NCBI GenBank assembly: GCA_965660445.1
Contig: CBFIAK010000001.1
Span: 320,001-384,000, forward strand
Direction: 5' to 3'
Length of the DNA stretch: 64,000 bases
Origin: Patescibacteria group bacterium
Lineage (GTDB): Bacteria > Patescibacteriota > Gracilibacteria > UBA4473
The notes beneath the pieces were generated by a model. The model worked only from the letters and a program-made list of their open reading frames with translations. It was not told the DNA's origin and ran no database searches. Shown piece after piece: positions 49,187-59,492 of the stretch. The first letter of the stretch is position 1. Each line of letters starts with the position of its first letter. Made by a program: the position numbers and the translations under genes.

Positions 49187-49490
49187 AATGACTCTTGTGT
49201 TGATCGGGTTCTTGCGCGATGCGCCAAGTGTGGCATCTCGACCATTCGGGACTCTACCGCTGAAGCACAAAAAACCCCCATAAAGGGGTTCTTGATTTTC
49301 TAACTGGCTCCAAAGATTGGAGTTGATTGCTCGCTATTTCGCTTTTGAGAAAGGGGCTTATTGCCCGAATCTGAGACTTGAGGAGAGGTTGGCGAATGAG
49401 ACGGATGAGTGGGTGATGTAGAACAAATTTTCAGTTGAATTTTTAGAGCTAATTGGTAAACTAAAAATAACATACTAATACTTTCACACT

Positions 49491-49712
49491 ATGGAGGAAA
49501 AAAACTCACAAGAAGAAAGAACTATTGGCAAAAAAATCAAAACTTTGCGGAATGAAAGAGGTCTTACTGCAGAAGCTTTGGCTCGTAAAGCGGATATTCC
49601 TTACACTACGCTTTCAAAAATCGAAAGTGACGTGATAAAAAGCCCTACTCTGCCGACTGTGATTAAGATTGCAGAAGGTTTGGAGATTACTTTAGATGAA
49701 TTAATTAAATAA
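49491..49712 (+). CDS. XRE-family HTH regulator (controller-like)
   Basis: IK.LR...GLT...LA......TLSKIE.....P.L.T..KIA. Confidence 0.9.
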   Translation: MEEKNSQEERTIGKKIKTLRNERGLTAEALARKADIPYTTLSKIESDVIKSPTLPTVIKIAEGLEITLDELIK

Positions 49713-49715
49713 ATT

Positions 49716-52103
49716 ATGGCAATAAAAAAATCAGAATTATATAGCTCGCTTTGGAAAAGTTGCGATGAGCTCCGTGGAGGCATGGATGCATCACAATATA
49801 AAGACTACGTTCTTGTACTTTTATTTGTGAAGTATGTCTCGGATAAATACGCAGGAAAAGCTAATGCCCTTATAGAAATCCCAACAGGAGGCGGTTTTAA
49901 TGACATGGTGAATCTAAAAGGGCAAAAAGATATTGGAGATGGAATAAATAAAATTATTACAAAACTAGCGGAAGAAAATGACTTAAAAGGTGTTATTGAT
50001 CAAACAGATTTTAATGACGATACAAAGCTCGGAAAAGGTAAGGAAATGGTGGATCGATTAACCAAACTGATCGCTATTTTTGAAAATGAAGCTTTGAATT
50101 TTAGTAAAAATAAAGCCGAAGGTGATGATATTTTAGGAGATGCTTATGAGTATCTGATGAGACATTTTGCGACAGAATCAGGGAAAAGTAAGGGGCAATT
50201 TTATACTCCTGCAGAAGTTTCTCGGGTAATGGCAAAAGTAATTGAAATTAATAATTCACAAAGACAAGACCAGACGATTTATGATCCAACTTGCGGAAGT
50301 GGGTCACTTCTTTTGAAAGCGGCAGATGAATCAAGTGTAGGGGTGACAATTTATGGACAAGAAAATGACAATGCCACAGCGGCACTTGCCAAGATGAATA
50401 TGATCTTACATGGAAATCCAACAGCAGAAATTTATAAAGATAATACGCTTTCAAAGCCATTTTTTAAGAATAATGACGGGAGCCTGAAAACTTTTGATTA
50501 TGTGGTGGCTAACCCTCCATTTTCGACCAAGTCATGGAGCAATGGTTTTGATCCTGCAAATGATGAATTTAATCGATTCGAAGACGGTATTCCGCCAGCA
50601 AAAAACGGCGATTACGCTTTTTTCTTGCATATCATTCGCTCACTAAAATCCACAGGAAAAGGAGCGGTGATCTTGCCTCATGGTGTGCTTTTCCGAGGCA
50701 ATGCCGAGGGTGGTATTCGCCGAAATATTATCAAAAAAGGCTATATCAAAGGAATCATCGGACTACCCGCAAACTTGTTTTATGGAACGGGTATTCCCGC
50801 CTGCATTATCGTACTGGATAAAGAGCATGCCCAAAGTCGTAAAGGGATTTTTATGATTGATGCGAGCAAAGGATTTGTAAAAGATGGCAACAAGAATCGC
50901 CTACGATACCAAGATATTCACAAGATTGTGGATGTGTTTAACAAACAAAGTGAAGTACCAAAATTTTCTCGAGTGGTTTCACTCGCTGAGATTGAAAAAA
51001 ACGACTACAACCTCAACATTCCTCGCTATATTGATACGCAAGAAGAGGAAGATATTCAGGATATCGAGGCACATTTACAGGGTGGTATCCCAAGCCGAGA
51101 TATTGATGCACTTGCGAAATACTGGCAAGTGTTCCCAAATCTCCGAAGTGAGCTTTTTATCAATGGAAAACGAGCGAATTATCACGAGGCAAAAGTAGTG
51201 CCCGAGCAGGTAAAAACAACGATCGCCGAACATGGCGAATTCCTAAATTATGCCAAAACAGTGCAGACGATTTTTACCAAATGGAGAGAGAAAAACACGC
51301 AGAAACTCAAAAATATCGGGGTGGGAGTGAAACCGAAGGAACTGATTGTTGAAATTTCCGAAGATATTTTGCAAAGCTTCGCCAGCTCCGAGCTAATTGA
51401 TAAATATGATGTGTACCAAAGCCTGATGTTTTATTGGAACGAGGTGATGCAAGATGATCTCTATATGATCGGCATAGATGGCTGGAAAGCGGAAGTGTAT
51501 CAAGTGGTCGATGCCAAAGGAAAAGCAAAAAAAGATGAGTGGGACTGTGATTTGATTCCAAAAAACCTCGTTATCAATCGCTATTTTGCCGAAGATAAAA
51601 CTGCAATCGAAAATCTCAATGTGGAACTGGAAGAAATCGCTCGAAAAAAGGAAGAAATGGAAGAAGAACACAGCGGAGATGAAGGAGCTTTCTCCTCTCT
51701 CGATAAAATCAACAAAGGAACGGTAAAGGCTCAGATGAAAGAAGTGGAAAAAGATGATGAAGAATACGAGGTTTTGACGAGTTATTTACAGTTTCTGGAA
51801 GAAGAATCAGAACTCAAAAGGCAGATTAAAGAAGCGGAAAAGGCTCTTGATAAAAAACTCTTTGGGAAATACAAAACGCTCACCGAAGACGAGATAAAAA
51901 CGCTCGTGGTGAAGGATAAATGGATGACTGCGGTACACAGTGCCATTGAAGCCGAAATCGAGCGAATTTCGCAAAGTCTGTCGCAAAGAATCAAAGATCT
52001 GACCGAGAGATACACTGCCCCTTTGCCACAGCTGGAAGCTGAAACGGCGGATTTGACTAAAAAGGTCGAGGCTCATTTGGAGAAAATGGGGTTTAGAATT
52101 TAA
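49716..52103 (+). CDS. hsdM: Type I R-M methyltransferase subunit
   Basis: LW...DELRG, GQFYTP, YDPTCGSG, VANPPF, YNLNIPRY. Confidence 0.96.
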   Translation: MAIKKSELYSSLWKSCDELRGGMDASQYKDYVLVLLFVKYVSDKYAGKANALIEIPTGGGFNDMVNLKGQKDIGDGINKIITKLAEENDLKGVIDQTDFNDDTKLGKGKEMVDRLTKLIAIFENEALNFSKNKAEGDDILGDAYEYLMRHFATESGKSKGQFYTPAEVSRVMAKVIEINNSQRQDQTIYDPTCGSGSLLLKAADESSVGVTIYGQENDNATAALAKMNMILHGNPTAEIYKDNTLSKPFFKNNDGSLKTFDYVVANPPFSTKSWSNGFDPANDEFNRFEDGIPPAKNGDYAFFLHIIRSLKSTGKGAVILPHGVLFRGNAEGGIRRNIIKKGYIKGIIGLPANLFYGTGIPACIIVLDKEHAQSRKGIFMIDASKGFVKDGNKNRLRYQDIHKIVDVFNKQSEVPKFSRVVSLAEIEKNDYNLNIPRYIDTQEEEDIQDIEAHLQGGIPSRDIDALAKYWQVFPNLRSELFINGKRANYHEAKVVPEQVKTTIAEHGEFLNYAKTVQTIFTKWREKNTQKLKNIGVGVKPKELIVEISEDILQSFASSELIDKYDVYQSLMFYWNEVMQDDLYMIGIDGWKAEVYQVVDAKGKAKKDEWDCDLIPKNLVINRYFAEDKTAIENLNVELEEIARKKEEMEEEHSGDEGAFSSLDKINKGTVKAQMKEVEKDDEEYEVLTSYLQFLEEESELKRQIKEAEKALDKKLFGKYKTLTEDEIKTLVVKDKWMTAVHSAIEAEIERISQSLSQRIKDLTERYTAPLPQLEAETADLTKKVEAHLEKMGFRI

Positions 52104-52121
52104 TAATTAAATTTTTTTATC

Positions 52122-52379
52122 ATGACTAAATCAAACGCAAAAAAGGTTACTAGCAAAAAGGCTGCAACTGCTGCGAGCAAAACCTTAAAAGACGGCAGAA
52201 CTTCTAAAACTACCAAAAGTGCTGCTGGTAGTGCCCTTGCTCAACGCAAAGCACCGAAAAAAACAACAAGTAATAAAGCTGCAACTGCTGCCAGTAAGAC
52301 GCTGAGAACTAAATCCACAGCGAAAAAATCAAAGACTGCTGCTGGTAGTGCTTTAGCTCAAAAACCTAAGAAAAGATAA
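52122..52379 (+). CDS. Small very basic protein with two tandem repeats
   Basis: TS(K/N)KAATAASKTL...K(S/T)AAGSALAQ occurs twice. Confidence 0.85.
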   Translation: MTKSNAKKVTSKKAATAASKTLKDGRTSKTTKSAAGSALAQRKAPKKTTSNKAATAASKTLRTKSTAKKSKTAAGSALAQKPKKR

Positions 52380-53143
52380 TGACCATGGATTTTAAACAAT
52401 CAACTTTCGGCGAAATTATTGAGAGCGAACGAGAAATGGTACTGAAAGGTGCAGAACTTTATGGTGATTTTTTCGTTAATGCTTTTGAATTCAATAATTT
52501 ATTAAATAATTTCGTAAAATCAATTGATGATGTTGAAAAATACATTTTTATTGCATTTTTATCTCAAGTAAAAAAACATCATACCCTCGCATTATTTTCC
52601 GCGGTGCGACAACATCATGTACAAACAGGTATGAATTTGAGACAGGTGCTGGAAGCAGGTTCATGGGCTGCCTACGCAATGGGAAATAAGGAACAAGAAA
52701 AATTTTGTGAACAAGATTTAAATGGGGTTTTACAAGTTCCAGATAAACTTATGAAAGCAAAGAATAAATGGCTTACTGATAAATATAAAAACGGATCTGA
52801 TGCAATTAGAAGATTGAAAGATTTAATCAATAGCTCTATGGCACACTCAAATATTGTGTACACATTTCAAAACTTTCAAGCAAGACCAACAGATAATCCT
52901 GGCTTTGATATTCCGTTTTTTGATTATTCTGATGATTTTAAGACAAAAACAGATTTATGGTTTATAGGAAATATTGCCTTAGGTTTGCTGGATTTGTTTT
53001 ATGGTGTGAATAAAGATTTCAAAGTTTTTCAATTCATAGATGATTATTTGCCAAGATTTAAAAAGCTCGTTGCTCAGAATGAAGCGCTGAAAGCGGAAAT
53101 GATGAAGCATGAAAGATTTAAAAGTGTAACTCAACAGAAATAA
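52379..53143 (+). CDS. Hypothetical all-alpha protein, possibly HEPN-like
   Basis: 254 aa, TAATG-coupled on both sides; LRQVLE and later SSMAH. Confidence 0.7.
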   Translation: MTMDFKQSTFGEIIESEREMVLKGAELYGDFFVNAFEFNNLLNNFVKSIDDVEKYIFIAFLSQVKKHHTLALFSAVRQHHVQTGMNLRQVLEAGSWAAYAMGNKEQEKFCEQDLNGVLQVPDKLMKAKNKWLTDKYKNGSDAIRRLKDLINSSMAHSNIVYTFQNFQARPTDNPGFDIPFFDYSDDFKTKTDLWFIGNIALGLLDLFYGVNKDFKVFQFIDDYLPRFKKLVAQNEALKAEMMKHERFKSVTQQK

Positions 53144-54309
53144 TGACCACAACCACTATAAAAGCAGGCTACAAGATGACCGAGATCGGGGTGATACCCG
53201 AGGATTGGGAGGTGTGGAATTTGGGTGTTATTGGGGAAATTAAGATGTGCAGACGCGTTTTTAATGATCAAACGAAAGCAATTGACGCCATCCCGTTTTA
53301 TAAAATTGGTACTTTTGGAAAAGAAGCTGATGCATATATTTCAAAGAATTTGTATGAAAGTTACAGGAAGAAATTTTCATTTCCTAGAAAAGGAGATATT
53401 TTGATCTCTGCTGCTGGTACAATAGGAAGAACAGTTGTCTACGATGGAAAGCCAGCTTATTTTCAAGATTCAAATATTGTATGGATTGATAATAACGAAA
53501 ATCTGGTTTTTAACACTTATCTTTATTATGTTTATCAGGTTGTAAAATATGATACAGAAGGTGGAACAATTCAGAGACTGTACAATTCCATAATTAAAAA
53601 TGCAGAATTTGCTAAGCCTTTAAAGCTTGAACAACAAGCCATCGCCACTGTCCTCTCCGACACCGACGAGCTGATCCGCTCGCTCTCTGCTCTCATCGCC
53701 AAGAAACGGCAGATAAAAGAAGGAGCAATGCAAGAACTGCTGACAGGGAAAAAGCGACTAGCAGGGTTTAGTGGTGAGTGGGAGGTGAAGAAGTTGGGAG
53801 AAATGTGCGGAAATATTACTACTGGAAAACTTGATGCGAATGCAATGGTCGAAAATGGAGAATATCGTTTTTATACCTGTGCAAAAGAACATTATCGGAT
53901 TAACAATTATGCTTTTGATACAGAAGCTTTGCTCGTTTCAGGGAATGGAGCGAATGTCGGATATGTTCATTACTACAAAGGAAAATTCAATGCTTATCAA
54001 AGAACCTATGTTTTATCTAATTTTTTAGAAGAAGTTCACTTTATAAAAGTGTTTATGGATAGAAATTTGCAAGAAAGAATTAGAGTTGAAGTTAATGCTG
54101 GAAATACACCATACATCACAATGGGAACTTTAACGGAAATGGAAATAAATATTCCTCCAACCAAAGAAGAACAACAAGCTATCGCTGAGATCCTTTCAGG
54201 CATGGACAGTGAGATGACCGCTCTCGAACAGAAGCGAGAGAAATATCGCCTCGTGAAGCAAGGTATGATGCAACAGCTTTTGACTGGCAAGATCAGAATT
54301 CCGAATTAG
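53143..54309 (+). CDS. hsdS: Type I R-M specificity subunit
   Basis: IPEDW, two TRDs, EQQAIA twice, MQELLTGK / MQQLLTGK. Confidence 0.96.
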   Translation: MTTTTIKAGYKMTEIGVIPEDWEVWNLGVIGEIKMCRRVFNDQTKAIDAIPFYKIGTFGKEADAYISKNLYESYRKKFSFPRKGDILISAAGTIGRTVVYDGKPAYFQDSNIVWIDNNENLVFNTYLYYVYQVVKYDTEGGTIQRLYNSIIKNAEFAKPLKLEQQAIATVLSDTDELIRSLSALIAKKRQIKEGAMQELLTGKKRLAGFSGEWEVKKLGEMCGNITTGKLDANAMVENGEYRFYTCAKEHYRINNYAFDTEALLVSGNGANVGYVHYYKGKFNAYQRTYVLSNFLEEVHFIKVFMDRNLQERIRVEVNAGNTPYITMGTLTEMEINIPPTKEEQQAIAEILSGMDSEMTALEQKREKYRLVKQGMMQQLLTGKIRIPN

Positions 54310-54375
54310 TGTGAACCGTCGACAATTTGTCGATAACTGAATTTATCAGTTTCTAATGCGAAAAATTAGCTTCAT

Positions 54376-54496
54376 TGATAAGTAAGGAGGGTTAGCGATG
54401 ATAAGTAAGGAATGCAGGAAATGATAAGTAAGGTATTTCTGTTAGTTAAAAATACTTGCATAAAAAAGCCTGTTTAGCTAAACTTATGATAAGTAA
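54376..54496 (+). repeat. Direct repeats TGATAAGTAAGG with promoter upstream of the Fic gene
   Basis: Copies at 54376, 54399, 54422 (23-bp spacing), partial at 54487; TTGCAT-N17-TAAACT at 54456-54484. Confidence 0.85.
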
Positions 54497-54516
54497 TAAA
54501 AATTTATATTGAAAGT

Positions 54517-55680
54517 ATGAGTAACTCAAATTTGCAAATAACGATTCCCGATCCAACATGGGGTAGTAAGCTCGCCAATATTGTTTTGGATTTGGAAAAA
54601 TTGCGCTCAAAAAAGCTTCATGGAGAAGTTCCTCCGCATATCTTTTTTCAACTCAAAGACATCTTTCAAATTTTGGAAACTTTGGGTTCGGCGAGAATTG
54701 AGGGAAACAATACCACTCTTTCGGAATATGTGGAGAAAATCATAGAAAACAAGGCAAAGAAAGACGAAAGTCAAAAAGAAGTTTCCAATCTTGATGAAGC
54801 CATTAAATTTATTGAAGAAAATACAGACGAAGAAACAGTCCTTTCTCGGGCTTTTATTTCAGAGCTACATAAGATAATCACTCGAGACCTCACCCCTCCG
54901 CCAAGCGGAGAAGGATCAAACAATCCTGGGAATCTCCGCACGCACAATGTGCAAATCAAAAAGGCAAAACATACGCCCCCTGATTTTGCTGTTTTGCCCG
55001 ATCATTTTGAAGAGTTTTTAAAATTTATAAACAACACTTTTCCTGAGCAATATCAGCTCCTTATGGTGGCTATTGCTCATCATCGTTTTGCTTACATTCA
55101 CCCGTTTGATAATGGAAATGGAAGGATGGGAAGGCTTTTGAATTATGTGCTTCTTATCAAGCTTGGGTTTCGGGTGAAAAACGGAAGAATTATCAACCCA
55201 TCATCAGTTTTTTATACTGATCGAGATAAATATTACGATATGCTCGGAAAAGCAGATTCTTTGGAAAATGCTGATGTTTTAGAGTGGGCGGAGTATTTTC
55301 TTTTAGGACTTAAAAATGAAATTGAAAAAATTGATAGTCTACTGAGTCGCGAATATGTGCAGGAGAAAATTCTTTTACCAGCATTGGATTTTGCCCTAGA
55401 GCGTGAAAATATTACCGAACAAGAATTTAAGATTTTAAAATATCTTTTGCAAAAAGACGATATGGTTATCAAGTCTGAAGAACTCGATGAGTTTGGTATT
55501 GAGAATTCTGTGCAAAAATCCCGTATTATGGCTCGTCTTCGTGAAAAGAAAATAATTCACCCCCTCAAAAAAGGAGGGAGAATTTATACCATTAGTTTTG
55601 TGAATAATTACCTTTTGCGTGGAGTTATCAAAAGCCTTACGGATCAAGGTTTTGTTTCTGATTTTTTAAATACGAATTAA
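54517..55680 (+). CDS. Fic family protein
   Basis: HPFDNGNGRMGR catalytic motif; N-terminal SARIEG inhibitory helix. Confidence 0.93.
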   Translation: MSNSNLQITIPDPTWGSKLANIVLDLEKLRSKKLHGEVPPHIFFQLKDIFQILETLGSARIEGNNTTLSEYVEKIIENKAKKDESQKEVSNLDEAIKFIEENTDEETVLSRAFISELHKIITRDLTPPPSGEGSNNPGNLRTHNVQIKKAKHTPPDFAVLPDHFEEFLKFINNTFPEQYQLLMVAIAHHRFAYIHPFDNGNGRMGRLLNYVLLIKLGFRVKNGRIINPSSVFYTDRDKYYDMLGKADSLENADVLEWAEYFLLGLKNEIEKIDSLLSREYVQEKILLPALDFALERENITEQEFKILKYLLQKDDMVIKSEELDEFGIENSVQKSRIMARLREKKIIHPLKKGGRIYTISFVNNYLLRGVIKSLTDQGFVSDFLNTN

Positions 55681-55683
55681 ATT

Positions 55684-58600
55684 ATGAATTCTCAATCAAT
55701 CAAAGTCGGCCAAATAGAAAGACTCACACAAGATCGCGTGGTGCAGTTTTTTCAGGACTCTCTCGGCTACGACTACCTCGGAGACTGGCAAGACCGCGAT
55801 GGTAATTCGTGTATTGAGGAGGAATATTTGCGGAAATTTTTGGTGTCTCAAGGATATAGCGACTCGCTCATTACCAAAGCTTTGTATGAAATAAATAAAG
55901 TCGCAGGCGACCAAGTAAAAAGCCTGTATGACATCAATAAAGAAGTGTACAGCCTGCTTCGCTACGGGGTAAAAGTAAAAGAAGGTGTGGGCGAAAACAC
56001 GCAAGATGTGTGGTTGATTGACTGGAAAAATCCAAGCAAAAATCACTTTGCTATTGCAGAGGAAGTGACCGTGCAAGGACAAAATACCAAACGCCCCGAT
56101 ATTGTGCTGTATGTGAATGGGATCGCCCTCGGCGTGATCGAACTCAAACGCAGTAAAGTGTCTGTCGCCGAAGGAATCCGTCAAAACCTCGACAATCAAA
56201 AGAAACTTTTTATTCAGGGCTTTTTTGCTTGCATGCAATATGTAATGGCGGGAAATGACACGGAGGGACTTCGCTACGGAACCATTGAAACCTCGGAGAA
56301 GTATTATCTTTCTTGGAAAGAATCAGGCACAGAAAGCAATCTCCTCGACCGTCATATCGGACAAATGTGCCAAAAGGAGCGGTTTCTGGAGCTGATTCAT
56401 GACTTTATCGTCTATGATAAGGGGGTAAAAAAAGTTTGCCGACACAATCAATATTTTGGAATAAAAGCGGCTCAAGATTCACTCCACCGAAGAGAAGGCG
56501 GAATTATTTGGCACACACAAGGAAGCGGAAAAAGCCTCACCATGGTTTGGCTTGCCAAGTGGATAAAGGAAAACATCAATGATTCACGAATTCTTATTAT
56601 TACCGATCGAGAGGAGCTGGATGATCAAATCAAAAAAGTATTCAAAGGTGTTGGAGAAACAGATATTCATCGAACAAGTAGCGGAAATGATCTCATCAAG
56701 CAGCTCAACTTAAAAGAAAAATCACTTCTCTGCTCGCTGGTGCACAAATTTGGCGGAAAAGATGAAGATGGCACAGACGACTACATTGCCGAACTCAAGA
56801 AAAATCTGCCAAAAGACTTCAAAGCCAAGGGCGATATTTATGTGTTTGTCGATGAATGTCATCGAACCCAATCGGGAAAATTGCACGAAGCGATGAAGGA
56901 GATTTTGCCGAATGCTGTGTTTATCGGTTTCACAGGTACGCCACTACTCAAAAAAGATAAGCAAAAGAGTATCGAGATCTTTGGGAAATACATTCACACT
57001 TACAAATTTGATGAAGCGGTGCGAGATGAAGTGGTGCTGGATTTGCGTTATGAAGCTCGGGACATTGACCAAAAAATAACTTCTCAAGATAAAATCGACG
57101 CTTGGTTTGACGCCAAGACTCGCGGACTGACGGATTTTGCCAAAGTAGAACTCAAGAAAAAATGGGGAACCATGCAAAAGGTGCTAAGTTCTCTTTCTCG
57201 ACTCAATAAAATCACTTCCGATATTTTGCTCGATTTTGAGACCAAACCACGGCTTTATGATGGAAGCGGAAACGCCATGCTGGTCGCTGGCAGTATTTAC
57301 GAAGCGTGTAAGTATTACGAGATTTTCCAAAATCACGGCTTCAAAAAATGTGCGATTATTTCTTCTTACAACCCGACCGTTGCCTCAATCAAAGGTGAAA
57401 GCACGGGAGAAGACGAAGAATCAGACAATTTGAAAAAATACGAGGTATACAACCGCATGATCAAGCAATGGTTTAATTATCCCGAAAACAAAGCTCTGAC
57501 CGATAAAGATACCGAGAAATTTGAGGATGATATTAAAAAGAAATTCATCGAAGAACCTGGCCAAATGAAACTGCTGATCGTAGTGGACAAACTGCTTACG
57601 GGCTTTGATGCGCCGTCGGCTTCGTACTTGTATATCGATAAAAATATGCAAGACCACGGGCTATTTCAGGCAATTTGCCGAGTAAATCGACTTGATGGTG
57701 AAAGCAAAGAATACGGCTACATCGTGGATTACAAAGATCTTTTCAAAAAACTGGAAAATGCCGTTGGTGATTATACTTCGGAAGCCTTTGATAGTTTTGA
57801 TGCGGAAGATGTGGAAGGACTTTTGAAAGACCGTTTGGAAAAAGGAAAAGAGCGACTGGATGAGGCCTTGGAAGTGGTGCGCGCACTGTGCGAAGGTGTG
57901 GCTGCTCCAAAGCAGTCGCCTGAGTACATTGCCTATTTCTGCGGTGATGATCTCAAAGCAAATGAGCAAAAACGAGTTCATCTTTATAAAAAAACAGCTT
58001 CACTAATCCGAGCCTATGCCAACTTGGCAAATGAAATGCAAGAAGCGGGCTACACCGAAGCGGAGATTGCACAAATTAAAAAAGAAGTGGAACACTACAA
58101 AGACGTGCGTGAAGAGGTGCAGCTCTCAAGCGGTGATTACATTGATCTCAAGGCCTACGAGCCAGCCATGAGGCATTTGATTGATTCGTATATCAGCGCA
58201 GAAGAAAGCGAAAAAATCTCGGCATTTGACGATATGAGCTTGCTTCAGTTGATTGTGGAGCGTGGCATTGATGAAGCAATTAAGGCACTTCCCCGAAGCA
58301 TTGGCAAACACAAGGAATCCATTGCCGAAACAATCGAAAACAATATTCGCAAACTCATCACCGACGAGCAATCAGTCAATCCGAAGTTTTACGAGCGTAT
58401 GTCTATCCTGCTCGATGAACTCATCGAAGCTCGCCGAAAATCATCCATCAATTATCAGGAATATTTGAAACGAGTGGTGGAATTGACCAAGTTGGTGCGA
58501 GGAGATGAAAAAGAATCAAGTTATCCAAGCACTCTTGATGGCAAAGCCCAAAAAGCCATCTACGATAACCTTGGGCAAGATGAAGATTTGGCAATTGCGA

Positions 58601-58752
58601 TTGATGAAGCTGTGCGCACTACCAAAAAAGACGGCTGGCGTGGAAATCGAATCAAAGAGCGAGAAGTGAAAAATGCTCTTCGTAAATTTATCCAAGATGA
58701 ACATGCTCTGGAAAAATTATTTGAACTCATAAAAAACCAAGATGAATACTAA
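55684..58752 (+). CDS. hsdR: Type I R-M restriction subunit
   Basis: RPD...NG....IELK, WHTQGSGKS, DECHR, FTGTP, LLTGFD, QAICRVNR. Confidence 0.97.
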   Translation: MNSQSIKVGQIERLTQDRVVQFFQDSLGYDYLGDWQDRDGNSCIEEEYLRKFLVSQGYSDSLITKALYEINKVAGDQVKSLYDINKEVYSLLRYGVKVKEGVGENTQDVWLIDWKNPSKNHFAIAEEVTVQGQNTKRPDIVLYVNGIALGVIELKRSKVSVAEGIRQNLDNQKKLFIQGFFACMQYVMAGNDTEGLRYGTIETSEKYYLSWKESGTESNLLDRHIGQMCQKERFLELIHDFIVYDKGVKKVCRHNQYFGIKAAQDSLHRREGGIIWHTQGSGKSLTMVWLAKWIKENINDSRILIITDREELDDQIKKVFKGVGETDIHRTSSGNDLIKQLNLKEKSLLCSLVHKFGGKDEDGTDDYIAELKKNLPKDFKAKGDIYVFVDECHRTQSGKLHEAMKEILPNAVFIGFTGTPLLKKDKQKSIEIFGKYIHTYKFDEAVRDEVVLDLRYEARDIDQKITSQDKIDAWFDAKTRGLTDFAKVELKKKWGTMQKVLSSLSRLNKITSDILLDFETKPRLYDGSGNAMLVAGSIYEACKYYEIFQNHGFKKCAIISSYNPTVASIKGESTGEDEESDNLKKYEVYNRMIKQWFNYPENKALTDKDTEKFEDDIKKKFIEEPGQMKLLIVVDKLLTGFDAPSASYLYIDKNMQDHGLFQAICRVNRLDGESKEYGYIVDYKDLFKKLENAVGDYTSEAFDSFDAEDVEGLLKDRLEKGKERLDEALEVVRALCEGVAAPKQSPEYIAYFCGDDLKANEQKRVHLYKKTASLIRAYANLANEMQEAGYTEAEIAQIKKEVEHYKDVREEVQLSSGDYIDLKAYEPAMRHLIDSYISAEESEKISAFDDMSLLQLIVERGIDEAIKALPRSIGKHKESIAETIENNIRKLITDEQSVNPKFYERMSILLDELIEARRKSSINYQEYLKRVVELTKLVRGDEKESSYPSTLDGKAQKAIYDNLGQDEDLAIAIDEAVRTTKKDGWRGNRIKEREVKNALRKFIQDEHALEKLFELIKNQDEY

Positions 58753-59476
58753 AGTCATTCATAGCGAAATGTTGGTCGGCAACCTGCAGGTAAGCGTCTT
58801 GAAAAAGGCGGTGAAAAACCTGCATTTAAATGTGCTTCCTCCACATGGTAAGGTGCGTGTGTCTGTACCGCCAAGCATGGATGATGATGCGATCCGAGTA
58901 TTTATTGCCAGCAAAATACCGTGGATCAATAAGCAAATCGAAAAATTTAAAAACCAACCCCGAGAAAGTAAGCGAGAATTTATGACGGGAGAAAGCCATT
59001 ATTTTCAAGGGAAACGCTATCTTTTGCATGTTGTAGAGTCAGAAGGTCGGGCGAAGGTGGAAATCAGAAATAAGAAGTATTTGGATTTGCATATTTCCAA
59101 AGGTTCCAGCTCAGCGGAGCGAGAAAGAATATTGACCGTGTGGTATCGCAACGAACTCAAAAAACAAGTGCCTACATTGCTCGAGAAATGGGAGAAAATC
59201 ATGGGCGTAAAAGCCAATGAATGGCGAGTAAAGTATATGAAAACCAAATGGGGAACCTGCAATAGTCAGGCAAAACGAATTTGGCTCAACCTAGAACTCG
59301 CAAAAAAGCCCCTACATTGCCTTGAATACATCATTGTGCATGAACTAGCCCACTTGCTCGAAAGAAGCCACAACGAGCGATTTGTGGCCTACATGGACAA
59401 GTTTATGCCCGAGTGGAGAGTTCGAAAGGAGGAACTCAACAAATTCATCCTGACTTATGAGGAGTGGGGGGAGTGA
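58742..59476 (+). CDS. YgjP/DUF45-like zinc metalloprotein accessory to type I R-M
   Basis: MKTKWG.C, YIIVHELAH...H. Confidence 0.9.
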   Translation: MNTKVIHSEMLVGNLQVSVLKKAVKNLHLNVLPPHGKVRVSVPPSMDDDAIRVFIASKIPWINKQIEKFKNQPRESKREFMTGESHYFQGKRYLLHVVESEGRAKVEIRNKKYLDLHISKGSSSAERERILTVWYRNELKKQVPTLLEKWEKIMGVKANEWRVKYMKTKWGTCNSQAKRIWLNLELAKKPLHCLEYIIVHELAHLLERSHNERFVAYMDKFMPEWRVRKEELNKFILTYEEWGE

Positions 59477-59492
59477 AATTAATTCAAAAAAT

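Noticed and set aside
49195-49262. GC-rich stretch as a tRNA or tmRNA fragment
   Set aside because: No cloverleaf or T-loop consensus on either strand; left unassigned
53143-54309. Phase-variable hsdS shufflon
   Set aside because: Only one hsdS; no inverted silent TRDs or invertase in the window
54376-54433. Mini-CRISPR or plasmid iterons
   Set aside because: 12-bp repeats with 11-bp gaps are too short for CRISPR, and there is no rep gene nearby
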